Shown here piece by piece: positions 38,938 through 48,295 of a stretch of DNA of 64,000 nucleotides. The stretch lies in contig DUMO01000054.1 of assembly GCA_012839865.1 (NCBI GenBank), positions 1 through 64,000 on the forward strand, in the 5' to 3' direction. This DNA comes from Clostridiaceae bacterium (GTDB lineage Bacteria; Bacillota; Clostridia; CAYPLH01; DUMO01). Both the position numbers and the translations under genes were made by a program. Every line of letters starts with the position of its first letter. Position 1 is the first letter of the stretch. The notes beneath the pieces are model-generated. The model did no database searches. It was not told the DNA's origin and saw only the letters and a list, made by a program, of their open reading frames with translations.

Positions 38938-40155
38938 GTGACGCTTTTGACCGCTGTGTTTTACAAACTGAAAATGATGATAAGTGACAAGATTTTCTTT
39001 ATTTCAATGATTGTCCTTCCTGTTTTTATTATTCTGGCAACAGGATATGCCTTAAGGCATGAAAAGCTTGGAACAATACCCGTTATTATAGTGGATGAGG
39101 ATGTTTCGGCAGACTCCATGCTTTTGATAGACAGGTTAAAAGACAAAGAAGGTATTGAACTTGAAATTTCTGACAGAAGTACGGCATCCCAAAAGCTAAG
39201 ACAAAACAAAGTGGAAGCGGTATTCGTTATTAGAGAAGGTTTTTCAAAAGAACTTCAAAAAAATAACTATACGGGGCTTATTGATTTTATCAAATCACCG
39301 GCATCGTACTCTTCCGATTATGTTTCAGAAATCATTGCAGGAGAAGTCCTCAGAATTTATTCAAGCTATGTGGCTGCCGGAAAGGTTGTCTTAAAATATA
39401 ACCAGATTGGCAAAACCACCGGAGAAGACCTTTTTAACGAAGTACGGAATTTTACAGATACTTTCTGGGAGCCTGAGCCCCTGATGAAAATGGAGTATTA
39501 TGAGCTGTCCGGGAAGGAGTATGACAGGGAAGCTTTCTACATGCCCGCCGCAACAGCCACCTCCGCCGGGATAATTATGGTTTTTATCATGCTGTACATA
39601 CTTTTTTGCAGCGGGTGGCTTGTTGAAGAAAGGACAAACGGGACCCTTAAAAGGCTGGTTGCAGGTGCCAATGCCTTGCTCCTTACTTATGGTGCAAACA
39701 TTATATCCATGTTTATTTCCGGAATGCTTCAGATTTTCATTTTTGCCTGCACCATAAAATTGGTTTTCGGAGTAGTGCTGTTTACGGGCATCCTGTCATA
39801 TATGGTTATGGCGGCATACCTTTTGTCGGTTATATCCATCAGCATGCTGATGTCCTCTGTTTTCAGGACTTCAGCCCAGCTGCAATCCGCAGCCCCTGCC
39901 TTTGCACTTATTACTGGATTTCTGGGCGGGTGTTTCTGGAATTTTGTAAACATTCCTGAAAACATGAAAGCCCTTGCCGCCCTCACACCCCAGGGATGGG
40001 CGCTTTCCGCAATAAACAGGCTTATTGCCAATCCTGATGCAGCCTTAGGAATACAATTGGAATTGATGGTGCTGTTAATTATTCCATTGATTTTACTTCC
40101 ATTAAGTTATATTATTATAAGGACAGGCATGAGGTTTGAGAAAATCAATGCCTGA
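38938..40155 (+). CDS. Second ABC-2 permease with a large extracellular domain
   Basis: IIVDEDVS, EERTNGTLKRL, LTPQGWA motifs; GTG start after GGGAG. Confidence 0.88.
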   Translation: MTLLTAVFYKLKMMISDKIFFISMIVLPVFIILATGYALRHEKLGTIPVIIVDEDVSADSMLLIDRLKDKEGIELEISDRSTASQKLRQNKVEAVFVIREGFSKELQKNNYTGLIDFIKSPASYSSDYVSEIIAGEVLRIYSSYVAAGKVVLKYNQIGKTTGEDLFNEVRNFTDTFWEPEPLMKMEYYELSGKEYDREAFYMPAATATSAGIIMVFIMLYILFCSGWLVEERTNGTLKRLVAGANALLLTYGANIISMFISGMLQIFIFACTIKLVFGVVLFTGILSYMVMAAYLLSVISISMLMSSVFRTSAQLQSAAPAFALITGFLGGCFWNFVNIPENMKALAALTPQGWALSAINRLIANPDAALGIQLELMVLLIIPLILLPLSYIIIRTGMRFEKINA

Positions 40156-40296
40156 CAAATATTTGCAGCAACTAACAACCATACAGCAAATTTAAGATTT
40201 GACATATAATATACAAAGGATTTGCCCTATGAGGGTGCTTGTGCAGTACAAGAGAAGGAGATACAAAAAATACGCTGAATATGGAAAAGACGAGGT

Positions 40297-40971
40297 GTGC
40301 TTAAGATACTGATGAAGCTTATTGATGTTTTACTTTTGCCAAAGAAACTTTTTGCCAACCTGAGCGATAAAAAATGGACCCTCTATTTAGGCATTTTTTT
40401 TGTAGGGGCAGTTGATATTTATGTGTATATATACGAAAATTATAAAGTCTTGTTTCTGGACAAATCCACAGCCGGTTTAATTTCGGTACTGGCAGCCGCT
40501 TTGATAATGCTGGTTGTAGTTGGAGTTTTGGACGTATTTTTGTTTTCGTATCCGATTTATGATTTTTGCGAATTTCTTAAAAAGAAATTTTCAAAGGATG
40601 ACAGTGAAAGGGATGGAATTTTCCCGGATTCGGGCAATGCGTCGGTAATAAAAGTCATGAAGGTTTATATTATTGCGCATATACCAATATTGCCGCTTGG
40701 ACTGTTTTCCAACTATATTTATTTCAAAATATCACCTGAGGAACTTACCCCCATGATTATCATGTTTCTTATAATAATTTATGGGATTATTCAGATATGG
40801 TTCAACGGCATCATTGCCTACGGAGTAAGTACTATGTATAATGCCAGATTTGATTTTTCCATTGTTTTGTTTTTGACTATTTTTGTATGGTCGTACCTTG
40901 AAGGCATTGCAATTGAATATATAATAAACAACTGGCTTTTAAAGCTGATATTACAATTTTCGGGTGTCTGA
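40297..40971 (+). CDS. Hypothetical multi-pass membrane protein (Yip1-like topology)
   Basis: Five hydrophobic segments; start codon uncertain. Confidence 0.7.
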   Translation: MLKILMKLIDVLLLPKKLFANLSDKKWTLYLGIFFVGAVDIYVYIYENYKVLFLDKSTAGLISVLAAALIMLVVVGVLDVFLFSYPIYDFCEFLKKKFSKDDSERDGIFPDSGNASVIKVMKVYIIAHIPILPLGLFSNYIYFKISPEELTPMIIMFLIIIYGIIQIWFNGIIAYGVSTMYNARFDFSIVLFLTIFVWSYLEGIAIEYIINNWLLKLILQFSGV

Positions 40972-41126
40972 CATGAGCAGTTCCGTGTCATTTTTCCTAT
41001 ACCCTTAAGGTATGGGGCTGTCAACTGCTGCACCCACATAAATAACAAAACGTCACCTGTCATACCAGTGAACGAACTATCCAAACCCAGAAACGCCTGG
41101 CCTCAAAATTACCATTTTGGGCGCCC

Positions 41127-41155
41127 TTGACTAATATTATGGCCTGTGCTAGTAT
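41127..41155 (+). promoter_or_regulatory. sigmaA promoter of tRNA-Arg
   Basis: TTGACT-17-TAGTAT with TG extension. Confidence 0.65.
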
Positions 41156-41185
41156 TATCTTACGATTTAAGTTTATATAAGCTTT

Positions 41186-41260
41186 GTCCCAGTGGCCTAA
41201 TGGATAAGGTAGTGGATTCCGGTTCCACTGATGCGGGTTCGATTCCTGCCTGGGACGCCA
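41186..41260 (+). tRNA. tRNA-Arg(CCG)
   Basis: Acceptor GTCCCAG/CTGGGAC; anticodon arm GTGGA-TT-CCG-GT-TCCAC; GGTTCGA; CCA. Confidence 0.93.
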
Positions 41261-41268
41261 GGATAATT

Positions 41269-41304
41269 AACAAAAGTGCGGTATTTTATTACCGCACTTT
41301 TGTT
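41269..41304. terminator. Bidirectional terminator
   Basis: Perfect 15-bp arms AACAAAAGTGCGGTA / TACCGCACTTTTGTT between convergent genes. Confidence 0.85.
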
Positions 41305-41392
41305 ATGCACAAGTTGTTTAATCGCTGTTACCGGATTGCGGCTTATAAGCCGCTTTTTCATATAAGGTTCAGATCTGCTTTCCGCCCCGCAA

Positions 41393-41959
41393 TTATTTTT
41401 CTGTTCTTATTGACGAGGTGAGCAATCTTTCTATTCTATCGGTAGCGCCTTCAAAATTATAGAAAAATGGGCTGTAATTTCTGTCAAGGACCAAAAGATA
41501 AGGCTCCTCGTTCATAGGGAAAATGACAAACACTTCGTTAACCTGGGTTATCCCGTAATCGTTAAGCAGAGCATGCTGCACTTTTGCCGGAGGGTCTATG
41601 GGTATTTTAATAATGTAACCTTTATCAGGAAAGGCATTGACTTTCACATACAGGTTTTTTAAATTGTTCAGGTATGAAATGGCAAGGCTTTTTATATCAG
41701 GTGTTACTGCTGATGTTTTTACCACCTCACCTTTAACAATGTCAAATATCTCAATGTTTTTCTGAATGTTACCCGAAGAGGCCAGGAACCTGACAAAGCT
41801 GCTGTTGTCAAGGTTTGCATTGCAGGATATGGCTTTCCGGTCTTCCCTGGAACCCGAACCTGTTAATAAATATATTAAAACCGCCAAAAAAAGGGCAACT
41901 GCAAAAATCAACAAGACGGCAACTCTTATCTGCTTCCGGCTTATGGTAATTATAAACAT
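41393..41959 (-). CDS. Hypothetical protein with an N-terminal TM anchor
   Basis: One hydrophobic segment then a soluble domain; GGGGTG RBS before the ATG at 41959. Confidence 0.75.
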   Translation of the reverse strand: MFIITISRKQIRVAVLLIFAVALFLAVLIYLLTGSGSREDRKAISCNANLDNSSFVRFLASSGNIQKNIEIFDIVKGEVVKTSAVTPDIKSLAISYLNNLKNLYVKVNAFPDKGYIIKIPIDPPAKVQHALLNDYGITQVNEVFVIFPMNEEPYLLVLDRNYSPFFYNFEGATDRIERLLTSSIRTEK

Positions 41960-42086
41960 AAAAACACACCCCATAAAGATATATGAAACGGGTGTGTTTT
42001 TTATTACATGAAATTTCTATTAGCTTTTTAAGAGTTTCACATACTTGTTCTTATTCTGAAATCGCAACAAAAAAGATAATTGTTTA

Positions 42087-43472
42087 TCAATAACCAGCTT
42101 TCTTTTCAAACCTGCCAGGGGCTTGTTTTTCAATTATTTCCTCCAACTCTTCGTCGGTAATGGATACAATACGTCCACCCTCAAATTCAGAATCAACCCA
42201 TTCCTTGATTGCAGCCACAAGAGGATCTTTTTTATCAACCTTGGATTCATCATCCAGTTCATAATATGTATTGATCCAATGTGCTATTCCTGCCAGTCCT
42301 GAAAGGTTTGTAATGGCAACCTTCGGCGGACGTTTAAGAATTTTGGTAGTGTCGAATATATTGTATATTTCCTCATCCTTTAACAGACCGTCAGCATGAA
42401 CACCTGCCCTGGTGACATTGAAGTTTTTGCCCACAAAAGGTGTCATGGGAGGTATTTCATAACCTATTTCCTCTTCGAAATATTCTGCAATTTCAGTTAT
42501 AACTGTTGTATCCATTCCGTTTGTGGTTCCCCTGAGGCTTGCATATTCAAAGACCATGGCTTCTGTCGGAACGTTGCCTGTACGCTCTCCTATTCCCAGC
42601 AGTGAGCAGTTGACGGCTGAAGCACCGTAAAGCCATGCTGTAGTGGCATTGACGACACCCTTGTAAAAATCGTTATGGCCATGCCATTCAAGCTGTTCAG
42701 CAGGAACGTCAGAGTAATGCCTGAGCCCGTAAATAATTCCCGGCACGCTTCTTGGCAGTGCAACACCGGGATATGGAACACCATAACCCATAGTATCACA
42801 AGCACGAATTTTTATCGGAATATTGGCTTCCCTGGACAAAGCCATAAGGTCGTTTACAAAGGGAACAACAAACCCATAGAAGTCGGCTCTTGTCAAGTCT
42901 TCCAGATGGCATCTTGGTTTTATCCCATAAGACAGGGCTTCCTTAACAACCGAAAGGTAATGGTCGTGGGCCTGCTTACGGGTAATGTTAAGTTTCTTGA
43001 AAATATGGTAGTCTGAGCAGCTTACCAGAATGCCTGTTTCGTCAATGCCAATTTCCTTAACCAGTTGGAAATCGCTTTTGGTGGCGCGTATCCAAGTGGT
43101 CACTTCAGGATATCTGTAGCCTTTTTCCTTACACTTGTATAAGGCGTTCCTGTCCTTTTTGCTGTAAATGAAGAATTCTGTCTGGCGGATGACTCCATTT
43201 TCCCCGCCAAGCCTGTGAAGCATATCATACAAGTCAACTATTTGTTTTTCTGTATAAGGCACCCGGGATTGCTGGCCATCCCGAAATGTAGTATCTGTAA
43301 TCCAGATTTCATCAGGAACACTCATAGGCACCCTGCGATGGTTGAATGGAACTTTTGGCACCTCACTGTAAGGATAAAGGTCCCTATATAAATTTGGGTT
43401 TTTTATGTCCTGAAGACTGTATTTGTAAGCTTTTTGCTCCAAAGTGTTTGACTTCTTGCTGAATTCCAGCAT
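42087..43472 (-). CDS. Re-citrate synthase (IPMS/homocitrate synthase family)
   Basis: ITDTTFRDGQQ, SCSDYHIFKKL, RCHLEDLTRADFYGFVVPF, WHGHNDF closely match the Clostridium kluyveri Re-citrate synthase as I recall it; no LeuA regulatory domain. Confidence 0.82.
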   Translation of the reverse strand: MLEFSKKSNTLEQKAYKYSLQDIKNPNLYRDLYPYSEVPKVPFNHRRVPMSVPDEIWITDTTFRDGQQSRVPYTEKQIVDLYDMLHRLGGENGVIRQTEFFIYSKKDRNALYKCKEKGYRYPEVTTWIRATKSDFQLVKEIGIDETGILVSCSDYHIFKKLNITRKQAHDHYLSVVKEALSYGIKPRCHLEDLTRADFYGFVVPFVNDLMALSREANIPIKIRACDTMGYGVPYPGVALPRSVPGIIYGLRHYSDVPAEQLEWHGHNDFYKGVVNATTAWLYGASAVNCSLLGIGERTGNVPTEAMVFEYASLRGTTNGMDTTVITEIAEYFEEEIGYEIPPMTPFVGKNFNVTRAGVHADGLLKDEEIYNIFDTTKILKRPPKVAITNLSGLAGIAHWINTYYELDDESKVDKKDPLVAAIKEWVDSEFEGGRIVSITDEELEEIIEKQAPGRFEKKAGY

Positions 43473-43632
43473 ATTTCATACCCCCTAAAAAATAAACAGC
43501 AGTGTATGGTGTTATTAAATTATGCGCCTATATGTAACTTTAGATATAATATTTATTAATTAATTTAAACCGGACCGGATTTTTGAATACTTGAAACAGC
43601 TCAAAAATGGACCTTGCACCATACGTGCATTA

Positions 43633-43668
43633 TTGTATAATTGTATACAATTGTACAAGGTGAGTCAA
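43633..43668 (-). promoter_or_regulatory. Promoter of the Re-citrate synthase gene with a 26-bp palindromic operator
   Basis: Minus-strand TTGACT-17-TACAAT; TTGTATAATTGTATACAATTGTACAA palindrome covers the -10. Confidence 0.65.
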
Positions 43669-43781
43669 TATTTTTTGAATAACTTTTTTTACACCTGCCT
43701 TTTTAGCGGTGATGTTCTGTGGTATCATTATTGATATCTGAAAAGCTCACTTTGGAATGCGGAGGATGACGAGTTTTAAAC

Positions 43782-44747
43782 ATGCAAATCGGCAGTGTAA
43801 CTATTGACAACAGAGTGTTTCTTGCCCCTATGGCAGGGGTGACCGACATGCCCTTCAGGGTGCTGTGCAAAGAACAGGGGGCAGGGCTTGTTTATACCGA
43901 AATGGTAAGTGCAAAGGGAATGCATTACAACAGCGAGAGGACCTATAGGATAGCTGAAATAAATCCGGAGGAGAAGCCCTGTGCAATACAGATTTTCGGT
44001 TCAGACCCGGGAATCATGGCGGAAATTGCAGCAGAACTTAACAACTCTGAAGCTGATATAATTGATATAAATATGGGTTGTCCCACTCCCAAAATCACAA
44101 AAAACGGCGAAGGCAGCGCATTAATGAAAACCCCGGACCTTGCCGGGAAAATTGTGAAATCAGTTGTAAATGCTACTTCGAAACCTGTTACGGTAAAAAT
44201 CAGAATGGGTTGGGATGAAGAGAATATAAACGCTGTTGAAATCGGAAATATTGCCGAGGAAAACGGAGCAAGGGCGGTAACAATACACGGGCGCACCCGA
44301 CAGCAATTTTACAGCGGAAAGGCAGATTGGAGCATTATCAAAAAACTGAAGCAGGCCCTTTCAATTCCGGTTATTGGAAACGGAGATATTTTCAGCCCTG
44401 AGGACGCAGCAAGGATGTTTAATGAAACCGGGTGTGATGCTGTAATGATTGGCAGGGGTGCAAGGGGGAATCCATGGATATTTAAGAGAACCCTTCATTT
44501 TTTGAATACCGGTGTTCTTTTGCCTGAACCTTCCTTTGAAGAAAAAATCAAAACAATCATCCGGCATATGGAGATGCTGATTGATTCTACAGATGAACGG
44601 TTCGGTGTGCTGGAAATGCGAAAGCATATTGCATGGTACCTTAAGGGAATGAGAAATTCATCCTATGTAAAGGACAGGATTTTCAAATTGACAAACAAGG
44701 ATGATATAACAGCTGTCCTCAATGATTATGCGGAAAGTTTAAGATAA
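43782..44747 (+). CDS. dusB: tRNA-dihydrouridine synthase B
   Basis: LAPMAGVTD, DINMGCP, HGRTR, GNGDI, MIGRGA. Confidence 0.94.
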   Translation: MQIGSVTIDNRVFLAPMAGVTDMPFRVLCKEQGAGLVYTEMVSAKGMHYNSERTYRIAEINPEEKPCAIQIFGSDPGIMAEIAAELNNSEADIIDINMGCPTPKITKNGEGSALMKTPDLAGKIVKSVVNATSKPVTVKIRMGWDEENINAVEIGNIAEENGARAVTIHGRTRQQFYSGKADWSIIKKLKQALSIPVIGNGDIFSPEDAARMFNETGCDAVMIGRGARGNPWIFKRTLHFLNTGVLLPEPSFEEKIKTIIRHMEMLIDSTDERFGVLEMRKHIAWYLKGMRNSSYVKDRIFKLTNKDDITAVLNDYAESLR

Positions 44748-44951
44748 TCCTCCGGCAGTCAGAAAAACACTTTGATGTGCTTTAAGATGTTTTTTCATCA
44801 CTGAGGCTTTTATTCCATTTATACGAAAAGGGCTATGCCTGAAAGGACCTTGAAAGTGCCGCTCTGAAAATGGCGCAAATAAATTGGCCAAAAGGGAAAT
44901 ATTCCGAAGAATCCTTGACAGAAGCGACATTATGTGTAGCCCTACGCCTTT

Positions 44952-45719
44952 CTATTCTGTTATGGCTGAAAGAGACCTTTTTATGCCCTCTGCAAGGGCG
45001 GTGGCTGCTTTTAATCTGAATTCGTCGGTTTTTAATAATTCCACATCTTTTTTATTTGATAAGAACCCCATTTCAACTATTACAGAAGGCATTTTTGCAA
45101 ATTTAAGCACCGCCAGATCCGTACGGTCATTTATTTTTCTGTCGTTTGTTTCAATGGATTTCATAAGCTCTTCCTGAATAATGCTTGCATATTCAATTTC
45201 ATCCAGATTTCCCTTTTTTAATGCTTTTGAAGGGTAATAAAGAGTTTGTGTGCCTCCTATGCTTGCATCATCATACCAATCGCAATGTATGCTTAAAAAG
45301 AGTGCTGCATTTTTCTCGTTTGCTATTTCAATTCTTTTTACATGATCTACAAACTCGTCTTTTTCTCTGATCATGTAAATATTAATGTTTTCTTCCCTTA
45401 AAATATCACGGAGTTTAAGGGCAATATCAAGTGCAATATCTTTTTCAACCGCGCCATTGTCCGAGCATCCCGGGTCAATGCCCCCATGTCCTGCATCTAT
45501 TACCACCAGCAACGAATCTTTCTCCGAAGAGTCTGTCCCGGATGTTTCTTCCTGTCCCTCCATGGGTCCGCTGTGATTTTCCTGCAAATTATCTTCCTGA
45601 TTTTGACCGGAAAGCCCGTCAAGATTCAGCAGGCTGTTTTCCTGGCTGCACCGTGTAATAAAAACGGAAGAAAAAATAAACATGGATAAAATTAAATTAA
45701 AAAAAACTTTTTTTATCAT
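44952..45719 (-). CDS. N-acetylmuramoyl-L-alanine amidase (amidase_3), probable lipoprotein
   Basis: IDAGHGGIDPG, EKDIAL, SIHCD, IVEMGFLSN; signal peptide ending in Cys. Confidence 0.88.
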   Translation of the reverse strand: MIKKVFFNLILSMFIFSSVFITRCSQENSLLNLDGLSGQNQEDNLQENHSGPMEGQEETSGTDSSEKDSLLVVIDAGHGGIDPGCSDNGAVEKDIALDIALKLRDILREENINIYMIREKDEFVDHVKRIEIANEKNAALFLSIHCDWYDDASIGGTQTLYYPSKALKKGNLDEIEYASIIQEELMKSIETNDRKINDRTDLAVLKFAKMPSVIVEMGFLSNKKDVELLKTDEFRLKAATALAEGIKRSLSAITE

Positions 45720-45971
45720 TGGTGAACTCCATTCGGTTGATTTAATAAAACAGCTCTGCCAAGTTGAAAGTCTAAGATGCTTTTTTATCCGGCTGCCTGC
45801 GAAAGGTACCGACCATATGTAAACAGCTACAGGTCAATTATAAAAAACTTTTTCCAAAACCACAAGCAGAACATTAATTTTAAATGGGATTTGAGACACG
45901 AAGAACCATCCTCCCAGGTCGCCCCAGGCCACATTAAATGCTTTACTTTTCAAATAATTTAATATAAAATA

Positions 45972-45985
45972 GGAATATATGTTCG
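45972..45985. promoter_or_regulatory. Candidate LexA (Cheo/SOS) box upstream of mrfAB
   Basis: GGAATATATGTTCG versus the Firmicutes consensus CGAACNNNNGTTCG (2 mismatches). Confidence 0.45.
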
Positions 45986-46008
45986 GTATTTAGGAGAGAA
46001 TTGCTAAA

Positions 46009-48291
46009 ATGAATTTGGAGCAAGTTCTGGACAGTTTCAGATATAACGAAAACATTATTAAAAATATAACCCACTGGCATGAGACCCTTCCCAAAGAAGC
46101 CTCTTATGAAGAAATTCCCGATTCTATCGATACTAGGCTCAAAACTGCCTTGCAAAAAAGGGGCATAACGAAACTGTATTCCCACCAGGCGGAGGCTATT
46201 AGACTGGTTAATGAAAATAAGGACATAGTTGTAGTTACGCCTACTGCGTCAGGGAAGACCATGTGTTATAACGTACCTGTGTTGAATGCCATACTTCAAA
46301 ATGACGAATCAAGGGCTTTGTTTATTTTTCCCACCAAAGCCCTGTCCAATGATCAGACTTCAGAGCTTCATGAGATAATAACTGAAGCGGGGATCGACGT
46401 AAAGACTTATACATATGACGGGGATACTCCCCAGACAGCCAGAAAAGCAATCCGCCAGGCGGGCCATATTGTTGTAACCAATCCGGATATGCTTCATGGC
46501 GGGATACTGCCTCATCATACCAAGTGGACAAAGCTTTTTGAAAACCTCAAATTTATTGTGCTGGACGAGGTCCACCAATACAGGGGTGTATTTGGCAGCC
46601 ACCTGGCTAATGTACTGAGAAGGGTTGAGAGGATATGCAGATTTTACGGGTCGAACCCGCAGTATATATGCTGCTCCGCTACCATTGCGAATCCGGGGGA
46701 GCTGGCTTCACGGCTTACGGGCAGGAGTGTCGAAGTGGTGGATAACAATGGTGCACCTACGGGGGAGAAGCACTTTATATTTTACAATCCGCCGGTAATA
46801 AACAAGGAACTTGGAATAAGAAAAAGCTCCACCCTGGAAGCCCAAAGGTTTGCTGAAACCTTTATAAAAAATGACGTTCAAACTATTGTTTTTGCACGGA
46901 GCAGGCTTAAGGTGGAGGTTTTGGTTACCTACCTCAAGGAAATACTTAAAAAGAAAATGAAGAACACTGACAGCATTAGAGGTTACCGTGGCGGTTACCT
47001 GCCCGGTTTAAGGCGCAGCATAGAAAAAGGCCTCAGGGAAGGAAGCATAAAGGGTGTGGTGAGTACCAATGCTCTGGAGCTAGGGATAGATATTGGAAGT
47101 CTGGAAGCCTGCGTAATGTGCGGTTACCCGGGAAATATTGCCAGCACGTGGCAGCAGGCGGGCAGGGCGGGAAGAAAAAATGGGACTTCGGCAGCTGTGC
47201 TGGTTGCAAGCAGCAGCCCTCTGGACCAGTTTATTATAAACAATCCGGATTACTTTTTTAACCGGAACCCGGAATATGGACTAATCAATCCGGATAATCT
47301 GGTTATATTGTATAATCATATCAAATGTGCGGCATTTGAACTTCCTTTTGAAGAGGGAGAGAAGTTTGGGGTTGAAACAACAGAGGAAATACTGGGATAT
47401 ATGGAGGAGGCCAAGATATTAAGACGGGTTGGAAAGCGCTGGCACTGGATGTCGGATGCTTTTCCGGCGGCGGATATCAGCCTCAGGAGTGCTGCAAATG
47501 AAAATTTCATTATTATTGATATAACCGACCCGCAGCGGAAGGTTATTGGTGAGATGGACAGGTTTACTGCCTCGATGCTTTTGCATGAACAGGCAATATA
47601 TTTACATGAGGGAATCCAGTATCAGGTTGAAAAGCTGGACTTTGACGACAAGAAGGCTTACGTCAGGCAGGTGGATGTTGATTATTATACGGATGCCGAT
47701 TTGGCAGTGGATCTTAAGGTTTTGGATGTTTTCAAAGAAGAAAAAAACGGAGATGTGCTAAGATCCTCAGGGGAGGTAATGGTAACCAGCAAGGTCAACA
47801 TGTTCAAAAAAATAAAATTCCATACCCATGAAAATATAGGATACGGTCCTGTAAGACTGCCTGAATTGGAGATGCACACTTCGTCATACTGGGTTGGCCT
47901 TCCTTCCGACATGCAGAATTACATGTCCAGGGAAGAAGCGCAAAACGGACTTCTGGGGCTTTCAAACATTCTCGCCAACTGTGCCCCCATTTATCTGATG
48001 TGCGACCCTGCCGACATCAATGTGGTTCCACAAGTTCGCTCAACATTTACTCAAAGACCGACCGTATACATTTACGACAGCTATCCTGGAGGCGTTGGGT
48101 TTAGTGAAAAGCTGTATGAATTGCACTCGGAGCTTTTCAAGACAGCCCGGGGGCTAATCGAAAAGTGCGGGTGCGAAGCCGGTTGCCCATCCTGTGTAGG
48201 ACCCCTTAATGAGTTTTCCGGTGACGCAAACCCGAAAAAAACCACCCTCAGGTTGATAGATATTGTATTGCAGAGTGAAAGCGGGGCATGA
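46009..48291 (+). CDS. mrfA: DEAD/DEAH helicase with DUF1998 (MrfA/YprA-like)
   Basis: TPTASGKT, DEVH, SATIAN, QQAGRAGR and a C-terminal C..CGCEAGCPSC Zn motif. Confidence 0.9.
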   Translation: MNLEQVLDSFRYNENIIKNITHWHETLPKEASYEEIPDSIDTRLKTALQKRGITKLYSHQAEAIRLVNENKDIVVVTPTASGKTMCYNVPVLNAILQNDESRALFIFPTKALSNDQTSELHEIITEAGIDVKTYTYDGDTPQTARKAIRQAGHIVVTNPDMLHGGILPHHTKWTKLFENLKFIVLDEVHQYRGVFGSHLANVLRRVERICRFYGSNPQYICCSATIANPGELASRLTGRSVEVVDNNGAPTGEKHFIFYNPPVINKELGIRKSSTLEAQRFAETFIKNDVQTIVFARSRLKVEVLVTYLKEILKKKMKNTDSIRGYRGGYLPGLRRSIEKGLREGSIKGVVSTNALELGIDIGSLEACVMCGYPGNIASTWQQAGRAGRKNGTSAAVLVASSSPLDQFIINNPDYFFNRNPEYGLINPDNLVILYNHIKCAAFELPFEEGEKFGVETTEEILGYMEEAKILRRVGKRWHWMSDAFPAADISLRSAANENFIIIDITDPQRKVIGEMDRFTASMLLHEQAIYLHEGIQYQVEKLDFDDKKAYVRQVDVDYYTDADLAVDLKVLDVFKEEKNGDVLRSSGEVMVTSKVNMFKKIKFHTHENIGYGPVRLPELEMHTSSYWVGLPSDMQNYMSREEAQNGLLGLSNILANCAPIYLMCDPADINVVPQVRSTFTQRPTVYIYDSYPGGVGFSEKLYELHSELFKTARGLIEKCGCEAGCPSCVGPLNEFSGDANPKKTTLRLIDIVLQSESGA

Positions 48292-48295
48292 AAGC

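Noticed and set aside
41186..41304. tRNA-Arg(CCG) as a possible integration site
   Set aside because: No integrase, no duplicated tRNA 3' end and no foreign-looking DNA downstream.
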